NCBI GenBank assembly: GCA_964016885.1
Contig: OZ024763.1
Coordinates: 3,162,001-3,226,000, forward strand
Direction of reading: 5' to 3'
DNA: 64,000 bases
DNA from: Eledone cirrhosa
Lineage: Eukaryota
Shown here: positions 25,138-38,432 of the stretch, piece by piece
Layout: each line of letters opens with the position of its first letter
How positions within the stretch are numbered: the stretch's first letter is position 1
Notes under the pieces: model-generated
Told to the model about the DNA's origin: nothing
Seen by the model: only the letters and a program-made list of their open reading frames with translations
Database searches by the model: none
Position numbers and translations under genes: made by a program

Positions 25138-25433
25138 GGATATGCATATAATGCTGAAACCGGTATTGTAAATAAATTAATGTTTTGGTATCTCACTGAA
25201 AAAATTTCTTCAACATTTTCTACTGAAAGAATCTTTTTCCTTTCTACTATTTGTTTTCATATATATCAACTCATGTGTTACTCTTCTACATTTGATATAT
25301 ATAAAGTGTTGGAGTTTGCTTGAAGCATTGTGGAATATATAATATAACTGGGAAATGAATTTGCTTATTTGAAAGCCCGACAATGCATTGTCGGGTTTTC
25401 AAATAACCAGACTTATTCCCCAGTTATATTTGT

Positions 25434-25477
<44 letters not shown>

Positions 25478-25531
25478 TTTTATTTAAGCTAAATAGTGAA
25501 CCTTGATCCACACACATATATATTCATATCT

Positions 25532-25578
<47 letters not shown>

Positions 25579-25836
25579 CTCTGCCTTCGGTCGTTTTTCT
25601 TGGTGTCACATTCTCACACTTTTTAACTGTTGTGTTTTACTCTGAGTGATAATGTATTAACTTTTTGCTCCATTGAGTGCTTTGTGACTGCCTCGAACAA
25701 GTCGAATGGTACCTGCTGTACGACAGCTACAACTTCGGTTTATACCTTATATAGAAGTAGATCCACAACAGTTCACCATTTCCGAGAAGAATTGTTTCAC
25801 GTTGTTGTGGAACTACTTCTACTAAACTCGTCCCAT

Positions 25837-25902
<66 letters not shown>

Positions 25903-26149
25903 TTAATGGTAGCAATGATGCTTCCATAGGCGATATGCCAGTTGAGCACTATGTTCTTACAGAGCAGAGTGTGATATAATATAAAACGAAAAATCAGTGA
26001 TGCATCTGGACTCAATTTATTGTGTGTTACAATAGTTATATATATATATATATATATATTTATCTATATATGTATATCCATGTCTATCAACAAAGAGGGT
26101 GTGGTAAGATAAGGCTGGAGCTCAGCCGTCAGGGTCCTGACTCTTTTCC

Positions 26150-26239
<90 letters not shown>

Positions 26240-26274
26240 TTATAGCTATATATATATATAAATAAACTATCTCT

Positions 26275-26645
26275 CACACACACACACACACATATATCCA
26301 TGTAAACCCTCCCGCACACACATCCCTATAAACCCTCCCACACACATATATCCATGTAAACCCTCCCACACACATCCCTATAAACCCTCCCACACACATC
26401 CCTATAAACCCTCCCACACACATATATCCATGTAAATCCTCACACACACACACATATATCCATGTAAACCCTCCCACACACATCCCTATAAACCCTCCCA
26501 CACACATATATCCATGTAAATCCTCACTCACACACACGTACCCATGTAAACCCTCCCACACACATCCATATAAGCCCTCCCACACACATATATCCATGTA
26601 AATCCTCACTCACACACACGTACCCATGTAAACCCGCACACACAC
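26275..26645. repeat. CA-rich minisatellite (TAAACCCTCCCACACACAT...)
   Basis: Direct reading. Confidence 0.9.
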
Positions 26646-26754
26646 AGCCACACACACAATTGTCTGTCGACAGTGCCTACCTTGCCTTTTTAAACCTTCT
26701 CCTAAAATATAGGGTTTTGAAATTAGTCTTGTTTTCCTCCCCCCATGTGTCAAA

Positions 26755-27035
26755 TACTACTACTACAACCACCACCACTACTACTACTACAACTGCTATT
26801 ACTACCACCACTACACCTACTACAACTACAACTACATAACTACAACTACAACAGCTACTGTTACTACCGCTACAAAGACAACTGTAACAACCATCATCAC
26901 TTCCACTACTACTACAACCATCATCACCACTATTACTACTACTACCACCACCACCACCACTACTACTACCACCACCACCACTACTACTACCACCACCACC
27001 ACTACTACTACTACTACCACTACTACTACTACTAC
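26755..27035. repeat. (CTA/CCA)n trinucleotide tract
   Basis: Direct reading. Confidence 0.9.
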
Positions 27036-27347
27036 ACTGAAATACCTCAATATTAACTTCTCAGGCTTCTTTGAAATTTTACATCTCATGTTGTTGCTGC
27101 TATTGTTGTTGTTAATATTGTGAGCTTGTTGTTATATCTCATGTTTGGGAGCTGTTGTTGGCTGGCACACATACACACACACATACATACACACATATAT
27201 ACATATACTACACATACACACAGTTACATATATATATATATACTAGACACACATACACACACACATATATATATATATACTAATCACATATACACACATA
27301 TATATATATACTACTCACACATACACATATATATACTACTCACACAT

Positions 27348-27389
<42 letters not shown>

Positions 27390-27674
27390 TACACAGTCAC
27401 ACACATATACGTACACATGTATATTGTGAGCTTGTTATGTCTAATGTTTGGAAGCTGTTGTTAACTGGCTGACACACACATACTCATATATACACTACAC
27501 ACATACTCATATATACGCTATACACACATACTCATATACACACTACACATATACTCATATATATACACTACACACACACTCATATATACACATCCACACA
27601 CTCATATATATATATACACTACACATACACACACACTACACACACACACACTGTCATGTATGAGTGTAAGGCTC

Positions 27675-28018
27675 TCCACTATCATGTATGTGTGTATATA
27701 ACTCCACTATCATGTATGTATATGTGGGTGTTTTTGTGTGTATAACTCTCTAATATCATGTATGTATATGTGAGTAACTCCACTATCATATATGTGTATG
27801 TAACTCTCTACTATCATGTATGTGTGTATGTAACTCTCTACTATCATGTATGTGTGTATGTAACTCTCTACTATCATGTATGTGTGTATGTAACTCTCTA
27901 CTATCATGTATGTGTGTATGTAACTCTCTACTATCATGTATGTATATGTGAGTAACTCTACTATCATGATGTATGTGTGTATGTAACTCTCTACTATCAT
28001 GTATGTGTAACTCTCTAC
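27675..28018. repeat. 30-bp minisatellite TGTGTGTATGTAACTCTCTACTATCATGTA
   Basis: Direct reading. Confidence 0.9.
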
Positions 28019-28059
28019 TTATCAATATTGATCTAGTGACAACAGCCATTAGAAACCTT

Positions 28060-28137
<78 letters not shown>

Positions 28138-28699
28138 ATATATATCCATTTCTATCACTCTCTCTCTCTCTCCATCTCTATCTCTCTACATCTCTCACTC
28201 TACATTTCTATCTCTCTACATCTCTATCTCTCTTCATCTCGCTCTCGCCATCTCTCACTCTCCATCTCTTTCTCTCTATCACTCTCTCTCTCTCCATCTC
28301 TCCCCCTTTCAATCTCATTAGTTTAGGGTCAACTTCTACATTTCCTTCTCATCTTGTTTCAGTTTTATTTAATAATTTAACTCATTAACATTGTTAATAT
28401 TTATTAACTGTTTTATAATCTATTATTATACGAGAATGTGTAGACATTCTCCTGTTATTATTTAAAGTTTATATCTACACAAATATCATCTATTTTCCTC
28501 TCTTTCCTCTCTATCAACTAACTGCAGATAGTTACCAATTTTCTTAGAAACTCTCTTCACAAGCTTCAATATACACCATTTTTCTCTCCATTTTGTGAGG
28601 TTTTAGCTACTAAATACCAATAACTAAGCAAAAAGATTATTCAAACATCAGTTGCTCAATTTTGATTCAGTTTGATAGTCTTAGATGCATATACGCTAG

Positions 28700-31310
28700 A
28701 CCACACTGTCCTTGGAGTAGAAGACAAACTAGGTCTAACTGTCCTTGGAGTAGAAGACAAACTAGGTCTAAGTCCTTGGAATAGAAGACATGCTAGGTCT
28801 AACTGTCCTTGGAGTAGAAGACAAACTAGGTCTAACTGTCCTTGGAATAGAAGACATACTAGGTCTAACTGTCCTTGGAGTAGAAGACAAACTAGGTCTA
28901 ACTGTCCTTGGAATAGAAGACATGCTAGGTCTAACTGTCCTTGGAGTAGAAGACAAACTAGGTCTAACTGTCCTTGGAATAGAAGACATGCTAGGTCTAA
29001 CTGTCCTTGGAGTAGAAGACAAACTAGGTCTAACTGTCCTTGGAGTAGAAGACAAACTAGGTCTAACTGTCCTTGGAGTAGAAGACATACTAGGTCTAAG
29101 TCCTTGGAATAGAAGACAAACTAGGTCTAACTGTCCTTGGAATAGAAGACATACTAGGTCTAAGTCCTTGGAATAGAAGACATACTAGGTCTAAATCCTT
29201 GGAGTAGAAGACAAACTAGGTCTAAATCCTTGGAGTAGAAGACAAACTAGGTCGAACAGTCCTTGGAATAGAAGACATACTAGGTCTAAGTCCTTGGAGT
29301 AGAAGACATACTAGGTCTAAGTCCTTGGAATAGAAGACATACTAGGTCTAAGTCCTTGGAATAGAAGACATACTAGGTCTAAGTCCTTGGAATAGAAGAC
29401 ATACTATGTCTAATTCTTTGGAATAGAAGACATACTAGGTCTAAGTCCTTGGAATAGAAGACATACTAGGTCTAACTGTCCTTGGAATAGAAGACATACT
29501 AGGTCTAACTGTCCTTGGAATAGAAGATATACTAGGTCTAACTGTCCTTGGAATAGAAGCCATACTAGGTCTAACAGTCCTTGGAATAGAAGACATACTA
29601 GGTCTAACTGTCCTTGGAATAGAAGCCATACTAGGTCTAACAGTCCTTGGAATAGAAGACAAACTAGGTCTAAGTCCTTGGAATAGAAGACATACTAGGT
29701 CTAAGTCCTTGGAATAGAAGACATACTATGTCTAATTCCTTGGAATAGAAGACATACTATGTCTAATTCCTTGGAATAGAAGACATACTAGGTCTAACTG
29801 TCCTTGGAATAGAAGACAAACTAGGTCTAATTCCTTGGAATAGAAGACAAACTAGGTCTAACTGTCCTTGGAATAGAAGACAAACTAGGTCTAAGTCCTT
29901 GGAGTAGAAGACATACTAGGTCTAACTGTCCTTGGAATAGAAGACATACTATGTCTAACTGTCCTTGGAATAGAAGACAAACTAGGTCTAAGTCCTTGGA
30001 ATAGAAGACATACTAGGTCTAACTGTCCTTGGAATAGAAGACATACTATGTCTAATTCCTTGGAATAGAAGACAAACTAGGTCTAACTGTCCTTGGAATA
30101 GAAGACATACTAGGTCTAACTGTCCTTGGAATAGAAGACATACTAGGTCTAACAATCCTTGGAGTAGAAGACAAACTAGATCTAACAATCCTTGGAGTAG
30201 AAGACATACTAGGTCTAACTGTCCTTGGAGTAGAAGACATACTAGGTCTAACTGTCCTTGGAATAGAAGACATACTAGGTCTAACTGTCCTTGGAATAGA
30301 ACACAAACTAGGTCTAACTGTCCTTGGAATAGAACACATACTATGTCTAACTGTCCTTGGAATAGAAGACATATTAGGTCTAAGTCCTTGGAGTAGAAGA
30401 CAAACTAGGTCTAACTGTCCTTGGAATAGAACACAAACTAGGTCTAACTGTCCTTGGAATAGAACACATACTAGGTCTAACTGTCCTTGGAATAGAACAC
30501 ATACTATGTCTAACTGTCCTTGGAATAGAAGACATATTAGGTCTAAGTCCTTGGAGTAGAAGACAAACTAGGTCTAACTGTCCTTGGAATAGAACACAAA
30601 CTAGGTCTAACTGTCCTTGGAATAGAACACATACTATGTCTAACTGTCCTTGGAATAGAAGACATATTAGGTCTAAGTCCTTGGAGTAGAAGACAAACTA
30701 GGTCTAACTGTCCTTGGAATAGAACACAAACTAGGTCTAACTGTCCTTGGAATAGAACACATACTAGGTCTAACTGTCCTTGGAATAGAAGACATACTAG
30801 GTCTAAGTCCTTGGAGTAGAAGACAAACTAGGTCTAACTGTCCTTGGAATAGAACACAAACTAGGTCTAACTGTCCTTGGAATAGAACACAAACTAGGTC
30901 TAACTGTCCTTGGAATAGAACACATACTAGGTCTAACTGTCCTTGGAGTAGAAGACATACTAGGTCTAACTGTCCTTGGAATAGAACACAAACTAGGTCT
31001 AACTGTCCTTGGAATAGAACACATACTAGGTCTAACTGTCCTTGGAATAGAAGACATACTAGGTCTAAGTCCTTGGAGTAGAAGACAAACTAGGTCTAAC
31101 TGTCCTTGGAATAGAACACAAACTAGGTCTAACTGTCCTTGGAATAGAACACAAACTAGGTCTAACTGTCCTTGGAATAGAACACATACTAGGTCTAACT
31201 GTCCTTGGAGTAGAAGACATACTAGGTCTAAGTCCTTGGAATAGAAGACAAACTAGGTCTAAGTCCTTGGAATAGAAGACAAACTAGGTCTAACAGTCCT
31301 TGGAAGACAT
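28700..31310. repeat. 2.6-kb satellite, 33-bp unit CTAGGTCTAACTGTCCTTGGAATAGAAGACATA with a 31-bp variant
   Basis: Direct reading; explains the 11-aa repeat ORFs. Confidence 0.97.
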
Positions 31311-31427
31311 ATCTGGCCTTACAACACCAGACACTGTTCTTGATAGATTGTGTCAATCAGATGTCTCTATTGATACAATATCGATAGACAATTGACTGTT
31401 TCTTAATCTCTCTCTCCCTCTCCCCCA

Positions 31428-31485
<58 letters not shown>

Positions 31486-33167
31486 TCTCTCATTGATAGA
31501 CTGTCAATAACTAGCAATCTCTGCTGTTACTCATTGCGTGTGTGTGTCAGTTACTGTGTGTGTGTGTGTTACTCACTGTGTGTCTGTTACTGTGTATGCA
31601 TGTCTGTTACTCTGTATGTGTGTATCTGTTACTGTCTGTATATGTGCTTGTATGTGTGTATCTATTTCTGTCTGTCTGTATGTATCTGTTAATGTCTGTC
31701 TGTGTGTGTACATGCCTCATCCTTAATTCTCAGGTTCCTATTCTCATGTATTAAACCTACTCAGGATGGTAGACCAACTACCAACTTTACTTTGCTAAAA
31801 ACAATCTAATCCCTTAGCTTACTTTAAGCAGATATGCAGAAATCTCCATAACAAGGCAGTTCCACCACAAATCTTACTGGTCCCTATTTCTAACGACCTT
31901 TCATCTATATCCACCATCTTAAATTACAAAAAACAAAACAAAAACATTTTTTTTGTTCCCAAGAAAGCCCAGTATATCTTTGAATGCCTCCGTCATATGT
32001 CTAGCCTGCATTCCATTCCATTTTATTTATTATTTCTAAAGAGCAAAAGATCCATTTAGTTTACCTACCAGCTTTATCCCTTTAGCATTTACATCACTCT
32101 CTCTCTCTCTCTCTCTCTAAATGAAAAGTATAGAAATATTGTAGCAAAAAGCCAACAGTATTCCATATATATATATAGGTATTTATGTAATATATACTAT
32201 TGTATTTGTACAGTAAAGGCTTTACCTCACATAATATCGAATCTGAGATTTTGATATTATTTATTTTGAGAACAATACCTTAACATCATTATGAGTGGCC
32301 AGCTACAGTTGGTTTGAACAGAAAGAGGTGAGAGAATTCTGGCCGGATATGGCTGGTTTAACTCTTTATCATTTATATTACTCTATATTTACTATTGTAT
32401 TTTCATGGTAAAGGCTTTATCTCACATAATATCTATGAGATTTTGATATTATTTATTTTGAGAACAATACCTTAACATCAGTATGAGTGGCAGGTTACAG
32501 CCAGTTTGAACAGAAAGGGATGATTATTCTGGTCAGATGTAGCCAGTTTAAATGCTAAAGGGTTAAGGAGCTCTACAGTTTTGTAGTGTTTGTGAATCTA
32601 CATAGTCAGTGTCTTGTTCCGTGCCTTGGAGACCTGAGACTTTATTCTACCAGTTTCAGTGTATTAGGACAATGGAAAGTACCTTAAAGCAACATTAATT
32701 TAGCGCCAAACTACCACCCTAGCTGCCTCAGACATTCTTTGTTCACCTCCATTTAATTTATAGGTCTGTTGTTACAACTTTACTCTTTCCATTATATTTT
32801 TAATGAAAGAACCTGCCTAGAGTTGTCAGATTTTCAAATAATTTATTATAAAAATAAAAAAAAGTAATAATCAAGAATTTGGAAGAGTTTTAATAAAATA
32901 ACAAACTTCCTCGTTATTAAGCTGCTGTATGGAACATAACTTAACAAGGGTTCTTCCGTAAAATTATCATGGAAGGTTTTTAGATAAATATAAATACTTT
33001 AAAAAAAAATGGTTTATTACAAGAATCAGGGTCAGTTTCAGGCAGTTTAGTGTTAAAAGACTCCAAACTAATTAAACCATTCTGCTTCCCTCCTTAGAAT
33101 CTCATTTAATCAAATTTTACTTTTCAAAATAATTTGGATAAATACCTTAGCACTTGGATGATGGAGC

Positions 33168-33228
<61 letters not shown>

Positions 33229-34285
33229 TCATATACATACTGGGCTTGATTCAATCAATAATATACGACTCCAGATAATATTTGCTATTTTGCCAATCCC
33301 AAAGAAACTCAATATTTAATGTCTTCAAAAGTTTGGAATGGTAAACTGTAAACTAACTTCTCTTCCATTTATCCCAATATTTAAACAAAAAAAAATAATA
33401 ATTAATATTTGTTTAATTTATCACAAAGGAAATATATGAATGCCTCTATTTTCCATTTTTCTCTCATTTTTTTTTTCTTCTCTACAATCTGAAGAAACTT
33501 TTCTTTTCTCTCTCTCTCATCAAGTGAACCATTTTAGTTTTAAAATATTTTCAATAACCACATCTGTCTCTCTTCATTACATTCTTCCTCCCTCTCTTTC
33601 TCTCTCTCTCTACCTCCCTACTAAGTGGCAGCAGTATAGACCCACTGTTTACACTCTCCACTACACCATATCCCTACCTTTCTCCAAACTTCGACCCTCT
33701 ATCTAAATTAGGGACCAGTCCACTGTAAAGGTTGACGACAGTCGACTTCCCCAACCCCTCTCCCCAAACTGTTGGCCCTCTCTAAATTAGGGGCCAGTCC
33801 TCTGTAGAGATCGACAACAATCAATTTCCTCCTCTTTAAAGAAAAAAGATCCAAAAATATTTTTAAAAAGATTTTAACACAAATATTTTTTTTTTCTTCT
33901 TGTGTTTTATTTCAAATCACATTTTGAAAAAAAATGTTTCCATAGCGACAGTGTTTATTAATAATTATCATTTAAACCATTGTTGAGTTGCGTGGCCTCG
34001 TGGTTAGGGTGGTCGGACTCTTGACCATGTGGTCGTGGGTTCAATTCCCGAACCACACAATACATTTGTCTTCTTGTCCTAAAACTCTTCATTTTCACTT
34101 TCATGTTGGCTTGATTGCTTTTTTTTTTTTTTTTTTTTCATGATCGTATGGGGGGGGGGGGGGGGGGACATGTCCCTATCATTAAATCACCTCCACCACC
34201 ACTAAAAATGGGGGTCCCTATCATTAAATCTCACCCGAACCCCACCACCAAAAAATAAAAATTAATAAACTTCTATAAGATGTAA

Positions 34286-34680
34286 CAACATCATAGGGGG
34301 CAGCTTACCCTGTACAGGTGAGAGCTGAATTGTTAATGATGTGACGTCATCATATAGGGGACTAGTTACACCTGTACAGGTGAGAACTGAGCTGTAAATG
34401 ATACGTCATCATATGGGGTCAGCTCTCACCTGTACAGGTGAGAGCTGAGCTGTAAATGATGTGATGTCATCATATGGGGTCAGCTCTCACCTGTACAGGT
34501 GAGAGCTGAGCTGTAAATGATGTGATGTCATCATATGGGGTCAGCTCTCACCTGTAGAGGTGAGAGCTGAGCTGTAAATGATGTGACGTTACCATAGGAG
34601 GTCAGCTCTCACCTGTACAGGTGAGAGCTGAGCTGTAAATGATGTGATGTCATCATATGAGGTCGGTTAAACCAGTAGAG
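34286..34680. repeat. 61-bp tandem repeat containing a perfect 28-bp palindrome
   Basis: CAGCTCTCACCTGTACAGGTGAGAGCTG at 34420, 34481, 34542 (1 mismatch) and 34603, plus degenerate flanking units. Confidence 0.92.
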
Positions 34681-35179
34681 GTGGGGTGGGGGTGAGTTGA
34701 GATGTAAATTCCACGTTTCTCATTTAATTACCGAATTGCTTCCACGGAGGAATTAATTTTACCCCTGGTTTCTCAATTCTGTCATTTCTATAGTTGATCT
34801 AAGATGAACCCTCCAGTTCATGCCGTCTCTCTCTTTCTCCACCCCCCTCTCTCTCTCTGCCTCTTTCTCCCCCCTCTCCATCTCAATATTTGTGTATGAT
34901 TAGTTTATTATTCTATAATGTTATTGCTTTATATATCTATCTATCTATCTATCTATATATATGTATGTATATATCTCAGACTGGACCCTCCATTGTGTGT
35001 ATATATATATATATATATATGAAAAAGTGAGTCCTTCATCAGTGACCCTCCAACCGTCCTGGGCATTTCATCGCTTTAAGGACGGTTGGAGGGTCACTGA
35101 TGAAGGACTCACTTTTTCATATGTATCCCATTTGCAACGCCGCAGCTCCATTATTATCATATTTACATATACATATATA

Positions 35180-35233
35180 TATCTCACAGTGGTTTCTTCA
35201 TTGGGACTATTTCTAGATCTATCTATATATATG

Positions 35234-35288
<55 letters not shown>

Positions 35289-35336
35289 ACAGTGGTTTCT
35301 TCATTGGGACTATTTCTAGATCTATCTATATATATG

Positions 35337-35393
<57 letters not shown>

Positions 35394-35441
35394 ACAGTGG
35401 TTTCTTCATTGGGACTATTTCTAGATCTATCTATATATATG

Positions 35442-35524
<83 letters not shown>

Positions 35525-35572
35525 ACAGTGGTTTCTTCATTGGGACTATTTCTAGATCTATCTATATATATG

Positions 35573-35637
<65 letters not shown>

Positions 35638-35683
35638 AGTGGTTTCTTCATTGGGACTATTTCTAGATCTATCTATATATATG

Positions 35684-35724
<41 letters not shown>

Positions 35725-35772
35725 ACAGTGGTTTCTTCATTGGGACTATTTCTAGATCTATCTATATATATG

Positions 35773-35812
<40 letters not shown>
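35180..35812. repeat. Six invariant cores separated by variable-length (TA)n
   Basis: TCACAGTGGTTTCTTCATTGGGACTATTTCTAGATCTATCTATATATATGTATATTA repeated six times. Confidence 0.93.
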
Positions 35813-35826
<14 letters not shown>

Positions 35827-36105
35827 ATCTCGGAGTGGGGTCTCTATTGTGACTATATATATATATCAGAGTAGGCCTTTCATTGTGACTATTTCTATAT
35901 CTCAGAGCGGGGACCTCCATCTGGTCTATATCTTAACATATATCTCTTTATTTTCGACAAACTGCCCTGTAATTATCTTGGGCTGGTCGTTGGGTTTTTT
36001 TTTTTTTCATGAATTGAGATTCAGGATGAGAGAGAAAGATGAAGATAAGGAAACCAAATATTATTATTACTATTATTATTATTGTTGTTATTATTATTAT
36101 TATTA

Positions 36106-36715
36106 GAAGGTGGTGGATTGGCAGTAATCGGTGGAGCGTCGGACAACATGCTTTGCGGCATAGAGTTACGGCTCTTTACATTCTGTCTTCAAAACCCACC
36201 GAAGTTAGCTATGCCTGTCATCATTCATCGATAAAATAAAGTACCAGTAACGCACTGGGGGGGTCTGTTTAATCGACATCCCCTCCCCCACCTGAAAACA
36301 GTGTTGGGCCTCGTGCTGTAAATCAGAAACCATTATCATTATTGGTGGATTGGCAGAATCAGTAGAGCATCGGACAACATGCTTTGCAACATAGAGTTAC
36401 GGCTCTTTACGTTCTGAGTTCAAATCCAGCCAAGGTTAATTTTGCCTTTCATCCTTACAGGGGTCAATAAAATAAAATACCAGTAATGCACTGGGGGTTG
36501 ATTTAATCGACTTTCCCCTCCTCCCCTTCAAATTGCTGGCATTGTGCCCTAAACCAGAAACAATTATTATTAATATTTCATCCTTACGGAGTCAATAAAA
36601 TAAAGTACCAGTCCCGCACTGGGGTCGATTTAATCAACATTCCCCTCCTCCCACCCCCACCCCCCCCCAAATATTGTTGGCACTGTGCCCTAAACCAGAA
36701 ACTCCTTATTATTAT
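36106..36715 (+). mobile_element. Three head-to-tail SINE family A copies
   Basis: Repeated GAGTTCAAATCC / GATAAAATAAAGTACCAG / GGCCTTGTGCC motifs separated by (ATT)n. Confidence 0.8.
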
Positions 36716-37025
36716 TATTGTTACCTATATTTTGGTTACTATACATCAGTATTACAGCTAAAGATCATAACTTTTCTCGTTCCTTCGCTTATATCTGACA
36801 AAAGGGATACTGTCGATTCCTGCTACTTATTGACCATCAATTATTGAACCATGAAATATTGATTACCAATTATTGATCACCCATTACGTCATTATTGCCA
36901 TGTTTGAACTACATTCCCCAAAAATTGCTCAGCAATTCTTTGCTACATATATGATATGAGGTATTAATAAACCAAGACAATTGGAAAACATACATACATA
37001 CACACATATATATATATACATATAT

Positions 37026-37058
<33 letters not shown>

Positions 37059-37071
37059 CACACACATACAT

Positions 37072-37106
<35 letters not shown>

Positions 37107-37220
37107 AAAATGCTGCACATTTCTGTATCTGAGAAAAACTAAATACGGGTACATTATTATTATTATCATTATTATCATTATGAATTGCTAAGAGAGGTTT
37201 CCTTCTGTTTTTTCATTCCT

Positions 37221-37324
<104 letters not shown>

Positions 37325-38058
37325 ATATATTTATTTATTTCCTAGAGACAAAGAGACATGTTGGTTTAAGCAATAATTATGTACTCAATACGTTAGTAAA
37401 ATGCCAATTTCTAAAGTATTTAAAACAACAAAAAAAGAGGAAAAAAAGAACCCCAAGAAATATATAAATATATTGGTTATATATTTCAAATTTCAAGCGA
37501 TAAAATAAAATGAATAATAATATAAGCATTTAATGAAAAAAAAAAAAATTAAATTAAATTAAATTTGAAAAATAAAATATTTCAAAAAAAAAAAAGGGGG
37601 GAAAAACTTAAAAAAAAAAATTTTTTTTTCTTCTTTTTTTTCTGAAAAAAAAAAAAGAAATATCTTTGTATTTTGTGTGAGTTTGTTGTGTGCCATTGCG
37701 TCTTCTTCAGTGAAGTTCTTCCAGTCGTACATAGAGAAGACAGTCGTTGCAAAAGTTTGTTAGAATATTCTGCTGAAATCTACTTCTACTACGTTTTTCC
37801 GTGACTTTCTCTGTTGCTGCCATTTTCTTTTTTTGTCTTGATTTCTGTTTTAGTACCGTCGAGTTCTTCCATTCATAAACAGTCGTTTCCAATATTTCTT
37901 GAACATTCTGCTACACTTTTCTACACAAATACTTACCATTCTTTACACGGTCTGTTGGCTCTCATATTTTTGTGTTTGTTCTTTTATTTTATTTTATTTT
38001 ATTTTTATTTTTATTTTGTTTGTTTGTTTGTGCAAGCAAACTTTGATGTTGGGCTTTG

Positions 38059-38112
<54 letters not shown>

Positions 38113-38378
38113 TGTACACACACACACACACATATATATATCATACATATATATGTATATCATATATATATATATATATATATGTATATGTATGTATGTC
38201 ATGTATGTTTACCAAAACTAGTCCAAAACCTGTCTCTTTTATTTGCCATATATTTTTTGTTCTAGTCAAGAAAAAAAAATTCATACACAACAAAATACAC
38301 ACACACACCACACACTCATTTAATATACATACACACACATATAAATATTTATATATATATATACACATATATATACAT

Positions 38379-38432
<54 letters not shown>

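Noticed and set aside
28672-31057. 11-aa repeat ORFs and a CRISPR-like period
   Set aside because: Contiguous 33/31-bp satellite with no unique spacers, frames broken by 31-bp units, eukaryotic context and no cas genes.
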